Shown here: piece after piece, positions 1 through 12,480 of the stretch | How positions within the stretch are numbered: the first letter of the stretch is position 1 | Layout of the letters: every line of letters begins with the position of its first letter | DNA from: Epiperipatus broadwayi | Lineage: Eukaryota > Animalia > Onychophora | Direction of reading: 5' to 3' | Assembly (NCBI GenBank): GCA_028023455.1 | Contig: JAQFVV010000002.1 | Coordinates: 26,784,001 to 26,848,000 of the forward strand | DNA: 64,000 nt | Translations under genes and position numbers: made by a program | The notes under the pieces: model-generated | The model's database searches: none | Seen by the model: only the letters and a program-made list of their open reading frames with translations | What the model was told of the DNA's origin: nothing

Positions 1-679
1 TACAGTTTCCCAGAAACTATAGTATCAGAAAATGGAATCAGTTTCACATCCACTAAATTTGAGGATTTTCTGAAGGAATGGGAAATTAGATATATAGCCA
101 CACCCCCGCATCATCCTAAGTCCAATGGAATTGCAGAAAAGACAGTACAAATGCTAAAGAAAATGCTATGGAAGGAAGGAATTGCAAATATACAAGAAAC
201 GTTATATTCTGCCTTATTGTATCAGCAGAGTACACCGACGAGTAGTATGGGAAAATCTCCAGATGAAATAATATTTGGACAGAAGATCGTACAAAGTTAT
301 TGGTGATTCTCCCAGATCAAAATTTTTCAAGTAATGAAAACAACAGCACAGAATGGTAGCATGCAGTGGGAGAAAAAGTCTGGGTGAGAGATGTGCTTGC
401 AAAATACTGAGTGAAAGGCATCTATCAAAACAAATAGTAGTAGTTGAGACAGAAATGGGGAAAAGCACACAAAAACATCTAAATCATGTCAGACGTCGGG
501 AAGAAGAAATTGAGCGAACTGGAAGTAATGTAGTGCCGGACATTCCAAATTATATAGAAGAAGTGGACTCATCGGAAGTAAACGAAGAACCCAAAGCAGA
601 CAAAGACATTACTCTTGAAAAGGAAGCAAGCCCGCGTAGGTCACAAAGAATCAAGAATGAACCGAGGAAAACTATGTAA
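1..679 (+). mobile_element. Ty3/Gypsy LTR retrotransposon, integrase core and C-terminal remnant (disrupted)
   Basis: Frame 1 reads YSFPETIVSENGISFTSTKFEDFLKEWEIRYIATPPHHPKSNGIAEKTVQMLKKML (rve integrase pattern PETIVSDNG...HPxSNGxAE). Stop at 304-306; the ORF at 353-679 continues the C-terminus after a frameshift. Confidence 0.85.
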
Positions 680-713
680 GACTTCAAAAATTGTAATTTT
701 CGAAGTAGAGAGG

Positions 714-1032
714 TGCTTTATATGTGTATATTTAGAACTCAAAGAAATAGGGTAATTAGAGATAAAGTAAATGATAAGCATTACCAGATTAGAAAGTGAT
801 TAATTAAAAGATAAAGAATAATTATATTTAGTTATTTTCTAGAACATTGCATATTACGGGGAAATATATAAAAACTCGAAGATAAGGAAAATCGAGGTCT
901 TTTTACACATACTCGCATCGTGGGATCTGCTCGTGCTAGAAAAGATACAAAGTGACTGAGTGTAATGAGGACTATGGAGGGACCCAGTGAACTTCCTCAC
1001 TAAGGTACCAAAGTGGACCTAGGGACTATACA
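714..1032 (+). mobile_element. Probable 3' LTR of the Gypsy element
   Basis: Polypurine tract AAGTAGAGAGG (703-713) directly followed by TG at 714; TATATAAAAA inside; candidate CA end at 1031-1032. The right boundary is inferred. Confidence 0.55.
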
Positions 1033-1199
1033 GGCCACATTGGCCTTATTATAATTTATGTAAGCCTCGTTGGAATTTCCTAATTAATATTATTAATATG
1101 ACTAAATTATAAATATATTAAGCATATTGGTAAAATCTTACTATTAGTAACTTGCGGCAAATAAAGTTAGTATTTTGTTAAAAAACCTTGTTTCCAAGT

Positions 1200-3075
1200 T
1201 GCTTTTATTTCTGTTGGTCTGACCACTTTTACCCCCGATTGTAGTATTCAGGGTGGCTGTATACAAACAGCAATAACCTATTTAAAATTTTACAATAATC
1301 TAAAAACTTTTTTCTTATTTTACAAATAATTGATTTTATTTTGGCGTAACCCAGAGATGGAGATAGTTGCCAACAATAGAGTCTAAATACAAAAACCAAC
1401 CTGAAGAAAAAAAGGGCCAGAGAGAAAGCTGCTAATATTTTGAGATACATCACTAAATCTAAAAATAACTATTGGACATGCAATATTAACTGCATTAGAA
1501 ATTATATAGCGAAAGAAACTTCATTTGCTTAAAAGAAGATGAGGGCAATCAGCTGGTGATATTTAAAAAAAAGGAAGAGTTCGACAAGAAAATTAGCCAG
1601 CAAATTGGGAGTTTGTTTTATTGAAATAAAAGGTTATAATTTGAAAGCTAAAAAGGATAAATTTATTGCTTCAATTTTAAGAAAATACCGAGATAAATCA
1701 GTCAAAACTCTGAATACTACAAAATATATCCATTGGCTGCTCATTGTTCCTAGAATATTCATTAGTATAAAGCTTCACAAGGAAAAATTCCCATTTAGAT
1801 TGCTAATTGACTTTAGTAATTCGTATTTTTATAACTAAGTGAAAATTATTGCATCCTGGCTTATAGCTGACCTGGGTTTTGGATTGTACATTAAAAATCT
1901 ATGTACAAATTTGTTGAGAAAATCCAAAATCTTAAAAATAAATATTAGTCACAAAATTGCCTATCTGGACATCAAGGAATTATATGGGTCTGTCCTTTGT
2001 AATGAGTCAATTAAAGTTATAGATGAATTGTTGCAGCAATTTAATTATAACATCCAAAAAAAAGATTTTATTATAGAAACACTAAATTAGATTAGTGAAG
2101 ATATAGTTGCAACAATAAATAATAAAATCTATAAAACAAATCACGGTTGATCAATGGGACTACCATTTAATGGAGTGGTCTGCAGTTTGTATTTGTCTAA
2201 ATTTGAAAGACTAATTATTCCAAAATTTGAGAATCTTCCAAAAACAATTTTATATAAAGATATGTGAATGATATGCAGCTATGTGCAAATGAAGGGACAA
2301 ATTGATCAAATTCATCTAAAGTTAACTTCCATAATTTCCTGGTTATGGACTATTGAGAAGGAAGAAGAACATCACAATATCAAATTTTTAGACTAAACAT
2401 CCAAAGACAGAACAATATACTGGATTATAGGATGGAATTGAAGCACTTAATTATGAGAGACATTATACACCCCAAGTCTATAATCTCCTGGTCCCATAAA
2501 TATGTGGGGCTGAAAGATTTCTCCATAGGAACTGGAAATTGTAGAAGTTCGAAGCAGATCGGGAAAAAAACATAGAATTATATGCAAAAGATTTAGTTAA
2601 CATGGGGCATAATATTAAAAAAATAAATTCAATAATAACTAATTTCTATAGCAAAATTATGCATCTTTAAATCTCCAATCTGAAAACAAAAAATGAACTA
2701 GCTTCCCTTACATATCTAAAGTCGTGCAAACATTATATAATGATAAATACACCAGTTTCCGGTCACCTCCATTATTAAATAAGTTGTTAAATAACTCCTT
2801 CAAGTAATGTACAAAATTGCATGTAAAGATTCCAACTGCTTAAGGCTTATTATGGAGAAACGAGAATTAACCTATCCACAAGACTTGTTCAGCACAATTA
2901 TCTATATAATTGGGCTAAGAAAGGCAGTGAACTCATCAATATTTTTGGATCATGAGCTACAATCAGGCCACAACTTCAATCTCACTATGGATGACATTGT
3001 TTGATCTGAGAGAGATGACAGAGAGAGAGGTGTGGTCTATAGCCAAAGATATGCAGTTCATAAATAAAACAGAAA
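1200..3075 (+). mobile_element. Degenerate Penelope-like element (RT + GIY-YIG), many stops and frameshifts
   Basis: Motifs in the expected order: KEDEGNQLVI (ADKGN), PRIFISIKLHKEKFPFRLLI, AYLDIKELYGSV, SMGLPFNGVVCSLYLSKFE, Y-V-N-D (YVDD), TIEKEEEHHNIKFLD, then MYKIACKDS...YYGETRINLSTRLVQH (GIY-YIG). Confidence 0.85.
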
Positions 3076-4521
3076 CTAGCACCCCTCTTTCTAAAAATGG
3101 CATCTATAACTTCCTGTGCAGTTAATAGAATGTAAATCAACTTCTAAAATTCAATTTCATGCTAATTCGATTTGTAATATACAAAACAATGTTAAAATGG
3201 GAGTTTAACCAACTTTAATTGTATAATGCTACGATTAGGATATGTTTTAGTATTGAAATCACTTAGCTGAATAAAATAAATATTTGTAACATTGAAAAAA
3301 ACTTGTTCTGTTGTTAAATGTAGAAGCATTTACTAAATCATCACAATTAGTGCAGAGAATAGATAAATAAATTCGTACAGAATTACAATATTTTCTACAT
3401 AATTCTGAATATTATTCTCTTATGGTGATAAATTATTTAAGTTTTAATAATAATGTTGGTATTAGTAAAATAACTTTCATGCTCTATCATTGTCTTTTTA
3501 TAATATTATGGTTATTTATTGAGCTGCTCCCCATTTACTTCTGCTTAAGAATAAAATGATTTAAAACAATTTATTCAGTTCTTTTTCCAGTTAAGTAACA
3601 ATTCATTCTGTTTCTGAATTTTTTTTTTGAATTGAAACACTTAATTTTAGGATATAATTTTTTGATATTTAGAAATAAATGTGATACAGCATTACCATGA
3701 CAATATTCCATCAATTAAATTAATTGAGGATTTCTGATATAAGCTACAGACTCTTGTTCACCATATGTGTATTTCTCTGAATAATCTCTGATCATATCAA
3801 GCAATTAGAAGTTTCAACATTTAAAACTTTACATCATAAACAATAGCCTGACATTCTATTTAGTTAATTGTAATTGTGAGCTTATTCTGTATTAAAGCTT
3901 GAATCTGTTCACAAACAAATGCCTATATGTCTCAATGAATGGTGAGGTGTGTCCACATTAAAATATCCAATTGAATATTATTCATCAGACTTTAAGAAAT
4001 ATATATGTAATAATTAAGTATGGAAACAATCAAATTAATTCACAGCATTCCTTTGACGAGTTCCACACTTTTGTGAACTATAAATGTGGACATCATACCA
4101 TAAACACTGTAAAAAAATTTGATGGATTAGATGCCTCTACAATCTAAAACTTAATTGGTACACAATATATATATATATATATATATATAAGTTAAATCAA
4201 TCTTTAAATATTCCAAAAAAGAATACTGAGGAAGAAGGCATTATTCATCTTCTTATCAGATACTCATTTACTGAGCAATAATGAATAGGATAGCTAGAGT
4301 ATATATGAGCTTGCTATATAGAAAAATAATCCTAATCTTTGAAACTTGGAAAAAGATTTTTTATTCTTTACCCAATCCATATTCAAGATCATGAGTGTAG
4401 CAAATAGATATGTTAAGTATTATGCCATGAGGCCCTTCATGGTATTAATACACACATACACAAAATATCAAAAGTTAAATACGAAAATTTAAATAAAATT
4501 ATAAAATAAATATATTCTTAC

Positions 4522-4623
4522 ACATATCCTTGACATGCTAAACCATAACTTGCGAAAATTTTCCAGGTTCTCAGCGATTCTGTACTCAAAAGACATGCCT
4601 CTTTTAAATTAAACATCATTGAA
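4522..4623 (-). CDS. RPAP1: RPAP1 exon 15 of those seen (phase 2-2)
   Basis: SMMFNLKEACLLSTESLRTWKIFASYGLACQGY (matches E-A-x-R-L-W...SYG); tttttag acceptor, gtaaga donor. Confidence 0.9.
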
Positions 4624-5799
4624 CTAAAAACATAAAAAAAAAAAAAAATCCTATTAATTTGAATCAATTTTCTCCTTCCACATCTTCATTCCGTAAAATA
4701 AATGAATTTGCTGTGAATACAATACAAATAAATGATTTACATTACAAATAGAAAAATTACAGTTATAATTTTATTTTTCAATTACATATTAATTTGCAGC
4801 ACATTCATATTTTTGAAACACTTTTTTTAATATGCTTTTATGAATTTGTTTCCTGTGTCTGTTCTAAAAATAATATGAATATTTTTAAGTGTTCACAACA
4901 CTTTTGGTCTTATTACACGAAATAATATGGATCCTCAAATAGTTGTTAATATAGCGCTCAACACGATTTAAGCAACAGTTAATTCTTATGGGTTAAAATG
5001 ATTTCTAAGATGCATAATCAATTACCTAATGCACAAATTTTATGACTAACTATTGAAGAGTATTATTAAACTAAATAAAGGAAAATGAATTTTTTTTAAA
5101 AAAAATTAGGATATTCAATATTACAACTATGATCATGGTTACAAGTACTTTTAACTGCATACATACTCAATTAAATTTTTTATAGGAAAATAAATGTCAG
5201 TTAATGTTATATATAAAATAAAAATAAAAACCAACTGACCAATACTTTTGACATAAATAAATGAAAGGCTATTATTTCCATATGACCGCTAGAATTATTC
5301 AAACAGACTCATTTGCATAGTAAAAGTAAAATATAAATTTGGAGTTATTGATCAAAATTCTTTCTCTATAAACTTCATTTATATGCACTTATAATAAATA
5401 AAATTATGACTGACTTAGAGGAATTCATCTTTGTCAAGTATCCTAAAAGATTATTGTTTGAAAATAAGACATTTTATTTATAAAAAACTAGGACACGATT
5501 AAAAACAGGAAAAAAAACACAAGAAATTGTGATGATTTATGCCATTTATATAAATACAGAAATTATAGAAAGACTATGCCCAAACTATAAAATTTCAGTA
5601 ATAGTTAAAATACTAAAAGATATTTGATAGAGAAACTGTTTGCAACTCATGCATATACATTTGAAGCAGCTCTGCTATCATATGTCATGGTTTGAGAGGT
5701 CAGATATTGCTTGACTATTATATACTTCAAGGCGCATTTGATACAGGTTATAGCCTGTCTTAAAAGTATTTACATATACTTCCTGTGCACTTAATAAAT

Positions 5800-6300
5800 A
5801 ATTATAACTCTACAATATGATGCTGGGTAATTTTACTACCTTTCAAGCTTGCGATATTTTGTAATCAATGAAAGTTGCAGTCAAAGCTAGCGGAAGTTTA
5901 AGTTCACTTCTCCAATTTTCAGGCCACTGTGAGACTCATGGTAGAGATATCCACTATCAGTGCTATTAACTACTTTTTGATTCCTTCATTGTCTGGTAAC
6001 AAATACAGTCATTAGTGGATTGGCATCTGCTGAATTCCTGTCATCCTTCTACAATAAATGATAACGTTTTTCAGTAACCACAAATACCCAATTCTTTCTC
6101 ACATTTTATTGAGCACAAGCTGTGACTTGACTTATGAATCACACAGCTTGGAAATAGTAGAACCCTTCTTTGACAAGATGTCCTTGCATCATTTGCAATT
6201 TATACGTACCGATTGCTATCTTTGATAATTTTCAAAATACTAAACCATTTCCTTTAAATAGGGTGAGATTTGTGCTGATTACTGGATTTGTGTGTACATA
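5800..6300 (-). mobile_element. Possible hAT transposase relic with BED zinc finger
   Basis: Minus strand near 6130-6250 reads xYFENYQR...INCK*CKDILSKKGSTISKL, resembling the BED pattern W-x-Y-F...CxxC...G-S-T-S-x-L. Heavily decayed. Confidence 0.4.
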
Positions 6301-6580
6301 CGCATTAATATATTTGTCCTTTATAGTATCGATTGCTAGCTAACATAAATTAATCACAATAATGTCTCATACTACATATGTTTCAATGCAAAATAGCATC
6401 ATATGTCAATTATATCAGAAAAGTATATAGAGTTTCTTATATTTATAAATACATTCATGCAGTATATTTTATTTTTAACATTTTAATAGATAGTGATTAA
6501 TAAAATTCAATTCATTTAATACAGGTATTTTTAATTTAGTTATTATTATACATATTCCCAATAAATACAAATAACTATAC

Positions 6581-6633
6581 CTTGGATCCATTGAAACATA
6601 GTGAAATAGAATTTTGTCAAGTCCTCGAGAAAT
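6581..6633 (-). CDS. RPAP1: RPAP1 exon 14 (phase 0-2)
   Basis: ISRGLDKILFHYVSMDP; ttgtttag acceptor, gtatag donor; links exon 13 (phase 0) to exon 15 (phase 2). Confidence 0.85.
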
Positions 6634-6690
6634 CTAAACAACAAAAAGTAATGAATTATAAGTAAAATAAAAACTGTATTATGGCTTGTG

Positions 6691-6780
6691 AACATAATGA
6701 AACAGCATTTTGTCAAGGTCTTAAGAAATCTAAAAAAGAATTATAAATAAAATAAAAACTACATTACTTGTGTGCATATA
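6691..6780 (-). pseudogene. Tandem partial duplicate of exon 14 and its acceptor (pseudo-exon)
   Basis: About 96-bp diverged tandem copy of 6595-6690; after ttttttag it reads ATT TCT TAA GAC CTT GAC AAA ATG CTG TTT CAT TAT GTT (in-frame stop). Confidence 0.75.
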
Positions 6781-6936
6781 TACACATGCAAATGCACATA
6801 TATTAAAATGTTTGCAAAATACAATCTTAAGATACAGCAATAAAAAACACTAGCATATAAAACTGGAGGAAAAAACCCTCCATATGCATTAAAATATATT
6901 TTCTAAATCTTAACTATCCTGCTTTATATATAAAAA

Positions 6937-7231
6937 GCAGCTCTCAAGTGCCATCTATAATAAGGTTACATAATCAATGATTACCAGATAAGGGTGCAAT
7001 TAAAATCTCATACCCAGATTGGTTTTTAGTTTTATCAGTGACGCTTAAGAGTCAATATGAAAAATGCATGCATACATCTAGCAAAGCTACATTAATTTCC
7101 CTATATATCCTATTTTGCTGATAAAGACAAAAACCAGAACTTAGTCTAGGGATGAGAATTTAAATGCATTACTGTCTAGTAATTACTGATTGCTCAATCT
7201 TGCTATAAAGGGCGTTAGAATAGAGAGCTGC
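6937..7231. repeat. Diverged foldback / MITE-like inverted repeat
   Basis: GCAGCTCTC...GAGAGCTGC termini; inner arms about 6970-7038 and 7128-7192 are complementary. Confidence 0.6.
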
Positions 7232-7880
7232 CCATGATTAATCAGATATTTGTATAAGATAAAGAATTAAATGTTTTGGTATTATTATTTTAATCTATAT
7301 TCTCTATCTTATTATCTACATTCATCCAATAAAAATAAGATTACTAAACTTGTACTTATTTCATGACATATTTTCGATAATATTCAGTATTGCTGGGATT
7401 AATTATAAAAGTTTTGCTTATTATTTTTACTTCAGTCATGGATAGTTAACCTAAAATATTTATTGATTTTCAATCATCTTAATCAGATTCTATGATGAAT
7501 TGATCGCATTGTGCAAGAAAAATCATTAATCTTTGTAAATCCATTTATCACACCTACATATTAATGATTTAATATTACATACAGCAATGCTTTAGGAAAA
7601 GTCGCAGGAATTATTTATAAAGATTGCAGCATAAACAGCAGTCAGACATGTAAGTTTTTAATCATATTATTTTCCTTCAAAATAATATTTGATTAATAAA
7701 CTAAATATTTGATAATCCATTAGTTTGGCTTTATGACCGTTAATATCTGTTTGCTTCAGTAATACTGACCACAACAACAGCTGACCGATCATGCAAAAAA
7801 GTATACGATTTATTAAATATTTGACTGAAAATTTGTGATGATGGCATTTTACTTGTAATTATATTTTGGATTCTTTCCGT

Positions 7881-8507
7881 TAATAATTGTTAAATGTCTT
7901 TAGAAAAATTCAAACTTTATTTCAACTTTTCAAATACATTCGAATGTTGATAATAGCGTACAGATTAATACGTAACACAACATTTCGAATGAAAGACCTA
8001 TTGAAAATGATTCACAAAGTAATAATTAAGGACGAAAGAATAGATGTATCTAAAGTATTAGATTATGCATATATCATTGAACAAATATTCAATTTGGAAA
8101 AAACAAACATATTAGACAGAAAGGAAAAAAAAAGAAGAACATTTACAGAAACTGCTGGCAAACAAGTCCATAAGCCAGCATCATGTGACGATTCATAAAA
8201 TTTAGAATCAGTAACTTTGCTCCTGGAGGATCCCATAGATAAGTATATCAAATTTCTACCGATTGTTAGACCGAGTAGTCTGATTGATTAGAGCGTCACT
8301 TTAAATTCAGTATTCACAAATGGAAAGATCCCAAGATTGATTCCCATGCTAGTGCTGTCACTGATTGGGCTAGTAATACCCAAAGAGAAAATAAAAATCT
8401 CAACGTGTTGTGTTATATACTAACCTGTGTGCTATCACTAACAGACAAATGTATCAAAAAAGTTGAAATAAAGTTAGAATTCTTCTAAAAACATTTAACA
8501 ATTACTA
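7881..8507 (+). mobile_element. 5'-truncated Penelope-like element with inverted pLTR: GIY-YIG C-terminus, tRNA-like segment, HHR remnant
   Basis: 7881-7990 is the reverse complement of about 8400-8507. ORF 7887-8198 ends IHKVIIKDERIDVSKVLDYAYIIEQIFNLEKTNILDRKEKKRRTFTE (GIY-YIG tail pattern). A/B-box-like segment at 8269-8345. Tail is homologous to the 16.4-17.0 kb element. Confidence 0.7.
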
Positions 8508-8754
8508 ATGGAAATAATCCAAAATATAATTACAAAACGCTACTAAAATATTTTCTGAAATTAATTAATAGATCGGAATGAAATTGGGTTAAGAGGATGT
8601 CGGGTAATAGCTAACTACTAGTGATAATGATCATATATTACTGTAGGTGCTGCATTATAGCTTGCATTTAAACAGAAAATTTAGCATAAATACCACTGAG
8701 AAAGTTAAATTACTTATCTAAATTTCTATGAATAAGTGATCATTATATATATAT

Positions 8755-9240
8755 AATGATACATAAGGAAATTAAATTTTCCGATATGTGCTGTTCATTA
8801 ATGTATAAATCTCTGCGCACTCACCTATCAGCAAGAGCTTTAAAAACACAAGTGCATCACTTGTATTTGGAGCGTATTCATATATAAGCCAATTCTTGCT
8901 GACCATGCTTATCTCAGGATTATTGTGTGCCCAATATTACTTATAGAGTTACATCTATCAAAATTAATATTATGTAATTGCAGGTAATTAAAAATGAGAT
9001 ACCATCTCTTTTCTGTGATATATGAACTAAATTTGTACATTTCAATTGACAATTATAATATCAGGCACAATAGGTTCAAGCCTCAAGATAAGCACAGCAA
9101 AGATTGGCTTATATATAAATATGCTCTAAACACAAGCGATGATTCATTTGTGTTATTAAAACTCTTGCTGAAGATGAGTATGTGGAGATTTATACATTAA
9201 TGAACAGAGCATGTTGGAAATAATAATTTCCTTCTGTATC
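8755..9240. repeat. Long head-to-head inverted repeat, possibly a PLE pLTR pair
   Basis: 8755-8950 is complementary to about 9040-9240. The right arm has CTGAAGATG at about 9171, but a full hammerhead fold is not recoverable. Confidence 0.7.
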
Positions 9241-9899
9241 ATTATCTAAATTTCATATTTTCTTTTCAAACACAGATAATAGAAATTTCAGACTTATTAA
9301 AGTTTTTGAATCTTAATAGATATAAAGGATATTGTTGAAGAATTTAGCCTAGATATTCTAATAGAAATTTAGTAAATGTTTGTTTTATTTACATTAAGAA
9401 GTAACTCAAACATATATTGTGCTCTTATTGATTCTAAAAATAAAATATAATTAACTTTAAAATAAGATTCTTGAATCACCTGTGATATGTTGGATTTCTG
9501 AACCTTTGCTCTCTACAAGTTTTAATACCTTGAAGAGTTGCCATTTAAAATTGGTAATCAATGATAAATTATTATCAATAATCGACAGATATTATTGCTT
9601 GGGTTTCATACTACAACAATGCTTATCCTCATATTTAATAAAGCTACACTTCTACTTTTAAAGATTATGTAAGGCACCCACCCTATTTGATTACTAATTC
9701 TGAACAATTAACTCATATAAGTCATTTACTTGAATTACATGAAGGTGAGATGCATCATAGTTAATCAATTCCTAGGATAATTACTTTTTTAGATGCTCAT
9801 ATTCTTTCCACTGTATTAAAATAAAATAAAAGTAGGTGCATCAGCGAGCATATACTACTGCGATGAGTTCCTTTTTCTTTTCTTTTTTATTACAAATTA

Positions 9900-10713
9900 T
9901 CTATTTTGTTTTGCTTCTCTTTGTCGTAAATTTATTTTTAAAGCAATAATATATGTATATACTTATGTGAACATTTTCATGGATAAAAGATGTTTGCATA
10001 CAACATTTGAACAGGAACAGGAAACTCAGTTTATTGTCTGAAAACTGTTTTAACTTGTAATACTGTCCACATTTAAATTCTCTAGAAAGATATGATAATC
10101 TGTTGCACATTTCCCCACTATTTTGTGTATATATTTGTGCATACAAAGAGTCTGCTTGAGTGAGTATATATTTAAAGGGTATTTTATATTTGTTACATAT
10201 ACAGTGCGGCCCAGTAAAGAGATGACTGGTTTTCTCCCAAAGGTGCTTGCACTATTGTCTCCATCTCAATGCATTGGCTATGTTGTGACATACTTCAGCA
10301 ATTTATCATAAAAATTTTAAGGCGCTAGCATGTCTGGATTATAAATGATATAAAATGTGACAGCACGTTTCATACCTTAATTTAAGATTGAAAAAACAAT
10401 GCAGTAATATTAAATTTTGTTTATATTGAACTAAACTGTCATTGAGCCATTTGAAATGATTCAAATTGTATATGACAATGAAGCCATGAATCACTAGAAT
10501 ATTTTTAATTCGTTGGTAAGATTTTGTGATGGCAGGAGAGTTAGGAAGATGATCTATGAAGGTGCAAAACACACTATCACAGTTCACGTAATAACTTGTG
10601 ATCCATATCCTTAAAATTTTTGTGAACGGGTGACTTGTCACTATGTAACACAGGCTTGGATTTACAGATGGCGCATCAGGCAATATAGAGATAGTCACTT
10701 TTTCACTGCACAT
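9900..10713 (-). mobile_element. Unassigned coding-like relic, possibly a DNA transposase
   Basis: 124-codon open frame (10339-10713) plus a further open stretch to about 9901. Weak resemblance to hAT-type F..Y.L..F..LN...Q....I..LH; not part of the RPAP1 spliced frame. Confidence 0.3.
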
Positions 10714-11299
10714 ATTATAGTTATAATTATATTTTTGAAATAAAAACCTGAAAATAATTCTTTAAAACAGCTCTAAAACTGAAATAAATTCTAATATAAA
10801 ATTTGAAAGCTTTCTATAGAAAAGTTTTGGAAAATTATTGAGCATTTCAAATCAATAAAATTATTGATTTTATATAAATATATTGTACCCTGCCAATAGG
10901 ACAGCCCCTAGATGACATGATAATTCCCTAAAATGGGCTATACTATGACTTTATCTAGTACAATTTAATACTCTTATTAATTAGTATTAGCAATTATGAG
11001 ACCCACCGATCCTTTTAATAATACCCCTTTGACCTTAAGTAAATACCGAAAGTATTCATTCAAAACCATAAGAATACCAACACATTTCTCCTTATTAAGT
11101 ATCTAAATATTCCCATGACTAACAATAATACTCAAATAAATATAATAAAAATATCTATAATTATTAAATTTAAGTTAACCTAATTAATAAATTATATTAT
11201 CATTTTATTGTATATTGATTTTTTATTATTATTACTTTTATAGAATTATCATTAAGAATAACCATAAAAATAATATTATATTAAGGAGATCTTGGAACA

Positions 11300-11480
11300 G
11301 TGCGCTGGTCTTTCATAATCTAATGCACCTTTCTTCTAGCAACCACCATTTACATTTCTGATATACTACCAAGCTATGTAAATATTTTCAATCTTAGCCA
11401 ACTTGCTTGTATAGTTTTATAGATCTGAAACCAGTTCAGTATGTATATATTATGGTTAGCTTAATTTCTTAATTATAACT
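11300..11480 (-). repeat. Fragment of the LTR-like interspersed repeat family (see 13381-14325)
   Basis: Reverse complement matches ACCATAATATA...GAACTRGTTTCAGATCTATA at 14007-14050 and 24230-24270. Confidence 0.65.
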
Positions 11481-11976
11481 GATATAAAACTAAAATGAAC
11501 ATTGCATGACTTCAGTTTACATAATGCTGTTCAGTAGCAAATTGGCTTAGATTAAAAATATATTTTTTGATTTGAGCTGGTAGTTTAATTGTAAACAAAG
11601 AAGGAAAAGATAGCTATAAGATAAAAGGTTCATTGGATCCCATATGATCAAGGTGCTCTGTTCCCAGATCCAAACATACCTCACTAATTAACCATAAGCT
11701 AGAAACATTGAATATAAAGCACCACATCTAGCATCTATTTATTATAATTGAGGTGAGAGAAAAGTATTTGCTACTAAAAAGCATTATGTAAGCTGGAATC
11801 ATGTGATATCTTATTGATTTTATATTAATCCTGGCTAAAAGATAGAGGTGCTGTTACATTTAAATCTAGATTATATATACAAACACCAATGCATGTAAAT
11901 ATGTTTTAATAATATAAAACAAATATACACTTGTGTATTTACACTATATTTATACTGGTTACATTTCGTCTACTAA

Positions 11977-12480
11977 TGTTGGCGAGGTATAGTTCCTAGT
12001 TCTAGGATGAAATTCGAAAGAAGGGACTGCATGTGACCTTGGAACCAGCAGCTTCCAACCCTGAACATGGTCTTGTCTCTCAATGTCAACTGTTTAGCTG
12101 AACTGCTATTATCTGGATAGCTTCAATTCTGTCTTTCAGCTCTATGAGTTTTCTCTGGATAATATGTATATTACCGTTCAGTTATGTGACAGTAGTTCTT
12201 AGCCCAAAAACTGTATGTATATTGCTGTTCAATGTGAATACTGCCATTCAGCTATGTGACAGTTGTTCTTTCCCATAACAGTTCTCTGACTTTACTTTCA
12301 AAAAGCTTGACTATTTATTGCCAGATCCCCATCCCTAATGAATTAAGTGAGCATCATTGCCACTGTCATGTTCTTGTCATTGGCTATGTGTTATCCCTTT
12401 GTATATGCATGCATTGGTTAGAGGCAATGAGATCTGGGTTAGTTCATTATTTAAAGGCAAAGAGAGATATAACATTCCTC
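11977..12480 (+). repeat. Partial copy of the LTR-like repeat family
   Basis: Colinear with 13381-13975 (GTATAGYTCCTAGTTCTAGG...GGACTGCATGTG...CATTATTTAAAGGCAA). Confidence 0.7.

Noticed and set aside
4240-4330. Next RPAP1 exon after 4522 (contains a YP codon pair)
   Set aside because: Phase does not match the phase-2 donor and the frames close quickly.
7128-7160. CTGATAAAGAC...GTC hammerhead-like string
   Set aside because: G8 and GAAA are missing and the opposite arm does not support the motif.
10339-10713. ORF as an additional RPAP1 exon
   Set aside because: Its phase 2-2 ends do not fit the phase-0 intron, and exons 13 and 14 already join into a continuous RPAP1-like sequence.
10880-11290. 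Mitochondrial insertion (NUMT) suggested by composition and a GVLLK-like stretch
   Set aside because: No frame in the invertebrate mitochondrial code gave a sustained match to any gene I could recognise.
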